From an uncultured Enterobacterales bacterium (GTDB lineage Bacteria > Myxococcota_A > UBA796 > CAJQPC01): DNA of 64,000 bases. Positions 1-7,058 of this stretch are shown in pieces. The position numbers and the translations under genes are program-made. Position 1 is the first letter of the stretch; every line of letters starts with the position of its first letter. Under the pieces are notes generated by a model. That model did no database searches, was not told where the DNA came from, and worked only from the letters and a program-made list of their open reading frames with translations. The DNA is taken from positions 5,095 to 69,094 of the forward strand of contig CAZSZE010000012.1 of the NCBI GenBank assembly GCA_964610645.1, read 5' to 3'.

Positions 1-2
1 GC

Positions 3-2045
3 ATCGACGATGACTGCGATGGACGCATCGACAGCGACGATCCCGATGTGGTCGATGCCACCACCTTCTACGGCGACTCCGATGGCGACGGCTACGGCGG
101 CACCCAGTACGCCGTCGACGCCTGCAGCGCGCCGGTGGGCTATGTCGCCACCTCCGATGACTGCGATGACCTGGACGCCAGCAGCCACCCCGGCGGCACC
201 GAGGTCTGCGATGGCGCCGACAACAACTGCGACGGCACGGTGGACGAGGGGGTGGGGCTCACCTGGTACGCCGACTCAGATGGGGATGGATACGGCGACT
301 CCGCCACGACGGCCGAGGCCTGCGATGCCCCGGTGGGCTTTGTGGCCAACGCGGATGACTGCGACGACGCCAACGCCTCCACCAGTCCCGCTTCCTTTGA
401 GGTCTGCGACGGGATCGACAACAACTGTGACGGAAACACCGACGACGCCTCCGCCATCAACGCGGGTACCTGGTACGCCGATTCGGATGGGGATGGGTAT
501 GGCAACGCTGGGGTGACTCAAGATGCCTGCGACGCACCGACCGGGTTCGTGGCCAACGCAGCGGACTGCAACGACGGCGATGCAGCGGTGAATCCAGGGG
601 GGGCGGAGACCTGTGACGGGGTCGACCAGGACTGCAACGGAATCATTGACGACAACGCCAGTGACGCTGGCACCTGGTACGCGGACTCGGATGGGGATGG
701 CCTGGGGGATGCATCGCTGACTCAGCAGGCCTGCGATGCACCGATCGGGTATGTCGCCGACAACACGGACTGCGACGACTCCAGCGCCACGGACACAGAT
801 GGCGACGGGCTCCAGGACTGCGCTGACGACGATGCCGACGGGGACGGGCTGCTGGGCACCCTGGATGCAGACGACCTGGACGCCACCGTCGTGCGCGGCC
901 CCACCGGGGGCAGCGGCATCGAGGGGGACATCGCCCTTGTCTCGGGGGAGACCCTCACCCTGGACACCTGGACCCGGACCTCCAGCCCGGCTCTGACCGG
1001 GGACGGTACCGTGGATGTCGAGAACACCACGGGCTTTGCCACTGGCGACGAGGTGCTTCTCCTTTCCCAGTCCGGCTCCGGAGTGGGCCAGTGGCAATTT
1101 GTGTTTCTCACGGGCATCAGCGGTTCAACCCTGGCCTTTGTACCGACCCTGGACACCGCCTTTGACACCGAGACCCTGGTGGCCTGGGTGCCCCACTACG
1201 ACAACGTGACCGTGGACGCCGGAGCGGTGATCGAGCCGGACTCCTGGGAAGGAAGCGGAGGCGGCGTCGTGGTCTTTCGGGCTGCCGGCGACGTGACCTT
1301 GGATGGCGTGATTGATGCCGATGACGCTGGATGGCGCGGCGGCACCGGTGTCACCGGAAATGGCTCGGACCCGACGCAAGGGGAGTCCTACACGGGCCTC
1401 GGAGCATCGGGTGACACCAGCTCCAACGGCGGCGGCGGCGGAGCCTACCCCCGGCGAGGGGACAACGCCGACAGCGGCGGTGGCGGAAGCTACGGAACGG
1501 TGGGGACCACGGGTACCAGCTACTCGGGCGGCGGGGTCTGCAACCCAGGAGACACGTATGGGGCTGCGGATCTAAGCGGGTGGTTCCTGGGATCAGGGGG
1601 CGGCGGCGGATCCCCGGACACCGAGGGCGATGGCGCGGGATCCGGCAACGTGGCCACTCCCGGGGGAGATGGAGGTGGCCTCATCGGCGTGTACGTGGCC
1701 GGCACGCTCACGATCTCCGGCACCTTGTCCGCGGAGGGGGAAGACGCGGACACGGCCTCCAGCAACTGCGGTGAGGTAGGGGCCGGCGGCGGTGGGTCTG
1801 GGGGACAGGTGCTCCTGGTGGCCAGCGAGCTGAACGTGTCGGGGACCGTCAGCGCCGAGGGAGGGCAGGGGGCCAACTCCTCTTCCTGCAACATCGGCAC
1901 ACCCTATGGTTCCGCCATTGGCGGCGACGGCGGCGACGGGCGAATTCGCCTGGACTACGGCACCCTGAACGGCGTGGCCTTCCCCGGTGGGGACTTGTCG
2001 CTCTCCGGACCCACGGCAGGACATTCGGAAGCCTACAGCGACTGA
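3..2045 (+). CDS. Secreted cysteine-rich repeat protein (MopE-like putative metal-binding repeats) with Gly-rich C-terminal region; 5' end cut by window edge
   Basis: Frame 3 is open from the window edge (IDDDCDGRIDSDDP...). There are four full modules plus one partial module of ~45 aa with the pattern (W/F)Y-x-DSDGDGYG...C-x-x-P-x-G(Y/F)V...DCDD...E-x-CDG-x-D(N/Q)(N/D)CDG. The C-terminal half is rich in GGGG/SG/TG runs. Stop at 2043-2045. Confidence 0.75.
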   Translation: MDDDCDGRIDSDDPDVVDATTFYGDSDGDGYGGTQYAVDACSAPVGYVATSDDCDDLDASSHPGGTEVCDGADNNCDGTVDEGVGLTWYADSDGDGYGDSATTAEACDAPVGFVANADDCDDANASTSPASFEVCDGIDNNCDGNTDDASAINAGTWYADSDGDGYGNAGVTQDACDAPTGFVANAADCNDGDAAVNPGGAETCDGVDQDCNGIIDDNASDAGTWYADSDGDGLGDASLTQQACDAPIGYVADNTDCDDSSATDTDGDGLQDCADDDADGDGLLGTLDADDLDATVVRGPTGGSGIEGDIALVSGETLTLDTWTRTSSPALTGDGTVDVENTTGFATGDEVLLLSQSGSGVGQWQFVFLTGISGSTLAFVPTLDTAFDTETLVAWVPHYDNVTVDAGAVIEPDSWEGSGGGVVVFRAAGDVTLDGVIDADDAGWRGGTGVTGNGSDPTQGESYTGLGASGDTSSNGGGGGAYPRRGDNADSGGGGSYGTVGTTGTSYSGGGVCNPGDTYGAADLSGWFLGSGGGGGSPDTEGDGAGSGNVATPGGDGGGLIGVYVAGTLTISGTLSAEGEDADTASSNCGEVGAGGGGSGGQVLLVASELNVSGTVSAEGGQGANSSSCNIGTPYGSAIGGDGGDGRIRLDYGTLNGVAFPGGDLSLSGPTAGHSEAYSD

Positions 2046-2104
2046 TTCCCCGCTCCCATGGCTGTTTGGGCCGACCTTGGGGTATTCTTACCCCGGGAGA
2101 TTCG

Positions 2105-3997
2105 ATGCATCGGTTCGTGTTGCTGGCACCCGCACTTTCTCTGGCGCTGGCCTTGGCCTGCCGTACTGGGAAGATCGATACGGGAGAAGGGGACACCGGA
2201 GCGGCCACCTCGGACACCGCTGAGGAGGAGTGCGGGGTGTATCCGGAGGGGGGAATTCCGGTGGATTCCTCGTGCACCTACGTGCCGCCACTCGGTGCCA
2301 TGAACTTTGGCACCGAGTGGACCATGAGCACGTTTTCCGAGTACCCGGACCACGTCAAGAGCTACGCAAGCCCCATGGTGGGGCAGCTGACCGACGACAA
2401 TGGCGATGGCGCCGTCAACGACCTGGACACACCCGACATCGCGGTGGTGTTCGATTCAAGGGAGGATTGGCGGGGGGTGCTGCGGGTGCTGTCCGGCGAT
2501 GGCACCGGTCCCCACTTCTCGGCCTATGAAATGAAGCTGGGCAATGACTCCTACTGGCCCTACCGCTACGCCGTGCCTGCCCTGGGGGATGCCGATGGGG
2601 ACGGATCCCCCGACATCGCGCTGCTCCTTTATGACGACAACACCTGCTACCTCGGCCTCGCCGGAGCCGATGGCGCCCTGAAGTGGGTCTACACAGCCGA
2701 GAGCCTGCCCTGCCGGTCCCATGCCCCGTCCATGGTGGACATGGAGGGCGATGGCGACGTGGAAGTGACCGTGGGCCACCTCATTCTCCGGGGGGCCAAT
2801 GGCGTGCTCCAAGGTCGCGGGGACGGCGGCCGCGCCTTCCACGCCGATTACTACAACTCCGGATACATTTCCGTGCCCATTGACCTGGATGGAGATGGCA
2901 TCCAGGAGCTGGTGACGGGCAGCCACATCTACTCCCCCACGGGCCAGACAATCTGCGAAATGGGCTTCCCCGACGGCTACCCGGCGGTGGCCGATCTCAA
3001 CGCCGATGGAAAGGGCGAGATCATCGTCACGGGAAACGAGTGGGTGCGCATTTTCGACGGTGGCTGCAACCTCATTGCAGCGTGGACCACGGCTGGGTAC
3101 GGCTTTGGCGGCCCGGCGACCATCGCAGATTTCGATGGGGATGGCGCTCCGGAATTCACCGTGGCCGACAAGACCCGCTTCTCCCTGTACGAGGTGGATG
3201 GCACCCTGGTCTGGTCCCTTGTCATCGATGAGACCTCCTCCGGTGCCACGGCTTCGTCGGTCTTCGATTTCGATGGGAATGGCGCTGCTGAGGTGGTTTA
3301 CGGCGATCAGGAAGCCCTCTGGGTGCTGGACGGCCGCACCGGGCAGATCCTCCTGGAAGATCCCTCCCACACGTCCGGCACGGTCCATGAGTACCCGCTG
3401 ATCGTGGATGTGGATGGCGATGGAAACGCGGAAATCGTTGTGACCAACTCCAAGGAAAAGAGCGGCATCTACGTGGTGGGAGAGGTGGACGACAACTGGG
3501 TCAGTGCCCGGATGCTCTGGAACCAGCACGCCTACAACATCGTGAATGTCGACCCGCTTCTGCACATTCCTGCCCAGCCCGTGGCCAACTGGCCGCAGCA
3601 CAACAACTTTCGCCAGGGAGCGCCGGGGGACATGAACCCGCAGGGATCGCCGGACCTGACCCTGGTGGGGGAGCGGGTCTGCCAGGAGGACTGTGGACTG
3701 GACGTGACCGTGGTGATGCAGGCTGCCAACCAGGGATTGGCGCGGATCGGAGGGGGGATCCGGGTGGAACTGTTCGGGGAAGAGGCGGATGGGACCCGCA
3801 CCCTGCTGGAGAGCGAGGCCATCACCACCGTGCTCCTGGCGGGACGCACGGCGCCGGGGTTTCTCTGGGAGTACACCCTGGCGGAGGTGGTGCCGTATGT
3901 AAGCCTTGTGGGAGTGGTCCAGGCGGTGGACACGGCGAATGAGTGCAGCGATGCCAACAACGAGGTGGTGTTGGATTTGACCGGGTTGTGCGAGTAG
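2105..3997 (+). CDS. FG-GAP/VCBS repeat beta-propeller lipoprotein (paralog A)
   Basis: The ATG at 2105 gives MHRFVLLAPALSLALALAC (signal peptide plus lipobox). It has eight D-x-(D/N)GDG-x-x-(D/E) blades (DDNGDGAVND, DADGDGSPD, MEGDGDVE, DLDGDGIQE, LNADGKGE, DFDGDGAPE, DFDGNGAAE, DVDGDGNAE) and a WNQHAYN motif. The C-terminal ~130 aa domain ends ECSDANNE...C. It is paralogous to 7059-9161 and 42450-44474. Confidence 0.8.
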   Translation: MHRFVLLAPALSLALALACRTGKIDTGEGDTGAATSDTAEEECGVYPEGGIPVDSSCTYVPPLGAMNFGTEWTMSTFSEYPDHVKSYASPMVGQLTDDNGDGAVNDLDTPDIAVVFDSREDWRGVLRVLSGDGTGPHFSAYEMKLGNDSYWPYRYAVPALGDADGDGSPDIALLLYDDNTCYLGLAGADGALKWVYTAESLPCRSHAPSMVDMEGDGDVEVTVGHLILRGANGVLQGRGDGGRAFHADYYNSGYISVPIDLDGDGIQELVTGSHIYSPTGQTICEMGFPDGYPAVADLNADGKGEIIVTGNEWVRIFDGGCNLIAAWTTAGYGFGGPATIADFDGDGAPEFTVADKTRFSLYEVDGTLVWSLVIDETSSGATASSVFDFDGNGAAEVVYGDQEALWVLDGRTGQILLEDPSHTSGTVHEYPLIVDVDGDGNAEIVVTNSKEKSGIYVVGEVDDNWVSARMLWNQHAYNIVNVDPLLHIPAQPVANWPQHNNFRQGAPGDMNPQGSPDLTLVGERVCQEDCGLDVTVVMQAANQGLARIGGGIRVELFGEEADGTRTLLESEAITTVLLAGRTAPGFLWEYTLAEVVPYVSLVGVVQAVDTANECSDANNEVVLDLTGLCE

Positions 3998-4078
3998 CCG
4001 GGACGATCTGATGCATTCTGCCTTTGGCCGCGGGCGTGCACCTGGATAGACTTCTCCGTTCTGCGATAGGAGAAGCCC

Positions 4079-5569
4079 ATGGATGCCATTGCCCCGGTGA
4101 ACTGTCAGAACCTGATTGCAGGCCATCTCGTACCAGCGATTGGTGGCGAAGTGCAGGAAAACCGCTGCCCCGCGGACACGGACCAGTTTCTGGGCACCGC
4201 GCCGGATTCCGGTTCGGAAGACGTGGAGGCGGCTGTGGCTGCAGCCAAGGCGGCCTTTCCGGACTGGGCGGACACGCCGGCCCCTACCCGGGGAGACCTG
4301 ATTCTGTCCGTGGCACGGGTCCTGCGGGCCCGCGGAGACGAGCTGGCTCAGGCCCTGTCTCTGGAGGAAGGGAAGATCTTCCCGGAGTCCAAAGGAGAGA
4401 TCCAGAAGACCCTCAAGTACCTGGAGTTTGCTGCAGGAGACGCTCGACGCATCACAGGCATGACCGCGGAAAGCGAGCTGCCCGGGACCTTTGCCTGCAC
4501 CATCTGGCGCCCCCACGGGGTGGTGGGGCTGATCACGCCCTGGAACTTCCCGGTGGCGATTCCCCTGTGGAAGATCGCCCCGGCGCTGATCACCGGAAAC
4601 ACGGTGGTGCTCAAGCCCGCCCCGGAGACCCCCCTGACGGCCCACATCATCGGGGAGATTCTGGCGGAAGCCGGCGTGCCCGAGGGCGTGGTGAACATCG
4701 TCTACGGGGATGTGGCGCCCGCCCAGGCGCTTCTCACCCACCCGGATGTGAAGGCCATTTCCTTTACCGGCTCCACCGAGGTGGGCCGCATCATCGAGCG
4801 CACCTGTGGGGAACACCACAAGCCGGTGCAGTGCGAGCTGGGCGGCAAGAACCCGATTCTGGTCCTGGACGATGCGGACCTGGACCTGGCCGCAGGTGCC
4901 ACGGCCACGGGAGCCTTTGGTTCCACGGGCCAGCGCTGCACGGCCACCTCCCGGGCGATTGTGCACCGGGATGTAGCCGATGAGTTCGTGGCCAAGGTGG
5001 TGGCCGCCGCCCAGGCGGTTCGTGCGGGTCACCCCATGGACCCCGCGACCACCATGGGGCCGTCCGTGTCCGAGCGCCAGATGGAGCAGGTTCTGCGGTA
5101 CCACGCCATTGCCGAGACCGACGGCGCCGAGCGCAAGATCGGTGGCGGACGTCTCGAGGAGGGCAACCTCTCCCGCGGCTTCTTCCCCGCCCCGTCGGTC
5201 TATGACCACGCCGCCCCCGATTCCCGCATCGCCACCGAGGAGATCTTCGGACCCTTCCTCACGGTGATCCGGGTGGACTCCCTGGAGGAGGCCATTGCCG
5301 CCGCCAATGCGGTGGATTTCGGGCTCACAAGCGCGGTCTTTACCCAGTCCCTCTCCAGCGCCTTTGCCTGCGTGAAGCACCTGGAAACAGGCATGACCCA
5401 GGTCAATGCCCCCACCATCGGCGGGGAGGGGCACCTGCCCTTTGGCGGCATCAAGGCCACCGGGGTTGGGCCCCGGGAGATGGGACCCGATGCCTGGAAA
5501 TTCTACGCCGAGCTCAAGACGGTATACATCAACCACGCAAGCGCGAAGCGCACATCCAAATTCTACTAG
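4079..5569 (+). CDS. NAD(P)-dependent aldehyde dehydrogenase family protein
   Basis: 496 aa. Motifs: ITPWNFP; catalytic Glu in ELGGKNP; catalytic Cys in GQRCTATSR; EEIFGP near the C-terminus. A GGAGAAG Shine-Dalgarno sequence lies before the ATG at 4079. Confidence 0.9.
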   Translation: MDAIAPVNCQNLIAGHLVPAIGGEVQENRCPADTDQFLGTAPDSGSEDVEAAVAAAKAAFPDWADTPAPTRGDLILSVARVLRARGDELAQALSLEEGKIFPESKGEIQKTLKYLEFAAGDARRITGMTAESELPGTFACTIWRPHGVVGLITPWNFPVAIPLWKIAPALITGNTVVLKPAPETPLTAHIIGEILAEAGVPEGVVNIVYGDVAPAQALLTHPDVKAISFTGSTEVGRIIERTCGEHHKPVQCELGGKNPILVLDDADLDLAAGATATGAFGSTGQRCTATSRAIVHRDVADEFVAKVVAAAQAVRAGHPMDPATTMGPSVSERQMEQVLRYHAIAETDGAERKIGGGRLEEGNLSRGFFPAPSVYDHAAPDSRIATEEIFGPFLTVIRVDSLEEAIAAANAVDFGLTSAVFTQSLSSAFACVKHLETGMTQVNAPTIGGEGHLPFGGIKATGVGPREMGPDAWKFYAELKTVYINHASAKRTSKFY

Positions 5570-5579
5570 GAGTCCCCCC

Positions 5580-6503
5580 ATGGCAAGAAACGTAAAGGTC
5601 GGCCTGATCCAGGTCTCGAACCCGATCAACGACGAGTCGGTCCCGGTGGCGGACATCCAGGAAGCCATGTTCCAGAAGCACCTGCCCTTTATCGATCAGG
5701 CCGGGGAAGCTGGCGTGCAGATCCTGGGGCTCCAGGAGATCTTCAACGGTCCCTACTTCTGTCCCTCCCAGGACAAGCGCTGGTACGACGCTGCTGAGGC
5801 CGCGGATGGCCCCACGGTGGAGCGCCTCCGGCCCTACTGCAAGAAGTACGACATGGTCATGGTGGTGCCGATCTACGAGCGGGTCATGGCTGGGGTCTAC
5901 TACAACTCGGCTGTGGTGCTCGATGCCGATGGCAGCACCGTGGGGATTTACCGCAAGAACCACATTCCCCAGACCAGCGGCTTCTGGGAGAAGTTCTTCT
6001 TCAAGCCCGGCAACCTGGGCTACCCCACGTTCCAGACAAAGTACGCCCGCGTCGGCGTCTACATCTGCTACGACCGCCACTTTCCGGAGGGCGCTCGCCT
6101 ACTGGGCCTGAACGGCGCCGAGATCGTGTTCAATCCGTCCGCCACGGTGGCGGGGCTCTCGCAGTACTTGTGGGAGCTGGAGCAGCCGGCCCATGCGGTG
6201 GCCAACAGCTATTTCATGGCTGCCAGCAACCGGGTGGGCACCGAGGGGCCCTGGGAGATTGGGGAGTTCTACGGCAACAGCTATATTTGCAATCCTCGGG
6301 GGGAGTTTCTGGTGAAGGCTTCTTCAGCGGCGTTTGATGCTGATCCCGCCACGGGCGAAAAGGTTTTTACCGCCAAGGGCCAGGACGAGTTGATTCATGT
6401 GGACTGTGATCTGGACATGATTGAAGAGGTTCGGAAGGTCTGGCAGTTTTTTCGGGATCGGCGTCCGGACACGTATGGGGACATGATCGAGCAGTTGCCG
6501 TAG
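5580..6503 (+). CDS. Carbon-nitrogen hydrolase, beta-ureidopropionase (beta-alanine synthase)-like
   Basis: The ATG at 5580 (MARNVKVGLIQ) lies 8 nt after the upstream stop. Nitrilase-superfamily E-K-C triad contexts are present: GLQEIF, IYRKNHIP, VYICYDRHFPE. FNPSAT and NRVGTE motifs are typical of the animal/plant-type enzyme. Confidence 0.8.
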   Translation: MARNVKVGLIQVSNPINDESVPVADIQEAMFQKHLPFIDQAGEAGVQILGLQEIFNGPYFCPSQDKRWYDAAEAADGPTVERLRPYCKKYDMVMVVPIYERVMAGVYYNSAVVLDADGSTVGIYRKNHIPQTSGFWEKFFFKPGNLGYPTFQTKYARVGVYICYDRHFPEGARLLGLNGAEIVFNPSATVAGLSQYLWELEQPAHAVANSYFMAASNRVGTEGPWEIGEFYGNSYICNPRGEFLVKASSAAFDADPATGEKVFTAKGQDELIHVDCDLDMIEEVRKVWQFFRDRRPDTYGDMIEQLP

Positions 6504-6510
6504 GGAGGGG

Positions 6511-6563
6511 CTGGGGTGGCTGGGGTGGCTGGGGTGGCTGGGGTGGCTGGGGTGGCTGGGGGG
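6511..6563. repeat. Tandem 9-nt repeat (CTGGGGTGG) x5 plus a partial unit; G-tract rich
   Basis: Read directly: units at 6511-6519, 6520-6528, 6529-6537, 6538-6546 and 6547-6555, with a partial unit at 6556-6563. It sits in the intergenic region immediately after the stop at 6501-6503. Confidence 0.95.
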
Positions 6564-6634
6564 TAGATGAGTCGATGGATTGATGCTCGAAATCGTTCCT
6601 TCTCCCCCTCGGACCTACGGGGGTTTCTGCGGGG

Positions 6635-6663
6635 GCGGCCCCATCGGCCTGCGGCCGCTTTTT
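6635..6663 (+). terminator. Candidate intrinsic terminator
   Basis: GCGGCC (6635-6640) and GGCCGC (6653-6658) form a GC stem around a 12-nt loop, followed by TTTTT (6659-6663). It lies downstream of the aldehyde dehydrogenase/CN-hydrolase pair. Confidence 0.45.
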
Positions 6664-6708
6664 GAGGGCCGCCTCCTCGAATCCCCCTGCGGTCCTCCGG
6701 AGGGAAGA

Positions 6709-7029
6709 ATGGAAGGCCGATTTGCTCACGAGAACCTCGACGTCTATCGACTGGCACTGGAGGTCGCTCGGTGGTTTCCCACGGTGGCGGTGCCGCGGGG
6801 CCGGGCCTCTCTCAGGGAGCAGGGGTGCCGGGCGGCAGACTCTGTGGTCCTGAATATTGCTGAGGGCAGGGCCCGGGGCGGTGGGGCCGGCAAGAACCAC
6901 TTTCGAATCGCCCTGGGAAGTGCGGCGGAGATGTGCGCGGTGCTGGACCTGGTGCAGTCGAGAGACGCAGCGGAATACCAGCAGAAACTCCGGCGAATCG
7001 GAGCCATGCTCGGCCGAATGTCGACGTAG
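6709..7029 (+). CDS. Four-helix-bundle protein (23S rRNA intervening-sequence protein / Avd-like family)
   Basis: The ATG at 6709 follows a GGAGGGAAG Shine-Dalgarno sequence. The sequence HENLDVYRLALEV...NIAEGRAR...HFRIALGSAAEM...LDL matches the family signature as I recall it. The track ORF start at 6580 would lie upstream of the candidate terminator, so it is probably over-extended. Confidence 0.75.
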   Translation: MEGRFAHENLDVYRLALEVARWFPTVAVPRGRASLREQGCRAADSVVLNIAEGRARGGGAGKNHFRIALGSAAEMCAVLDLVQSRDAAEYQQKLRRIGAMLGRMST

Positions 7030-7058
7030 TCGGGGACTTGACCCCTGGGGCAACGCCT

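Noticed and set aside
2456-5668. Very long ORFs antisense to, or out of frame with, confidently called genes. This 1070-aa minus-strand ORF is one. Others are 6933-8894 (+), 15390-18095 (-), 36572-38248 (-), 45356-47803 (+), 49131-51119 (-), 58263-59867 (-), 39273-40493 (-) and 42084-43571 (+).
   Set aside because: They are typical high-GC artefacts. Their translations are Arg/Gly/Pro/His-rich low-complexity strings with no recognisable motifs. Each lies opposite a gene with strong family signatures (aldehyde dehydrogenase, kinase, FG-GAP proteins, CrtI-like, MBOAT, radical SAM, NarG).
6511-6563. A CRISPR-like array, suggested by the regular short repeats.
   Set aside because: The units are 9 nt and directly abutting, with no spacers, and there are no cas genes. 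This is a simple tandem repeat.
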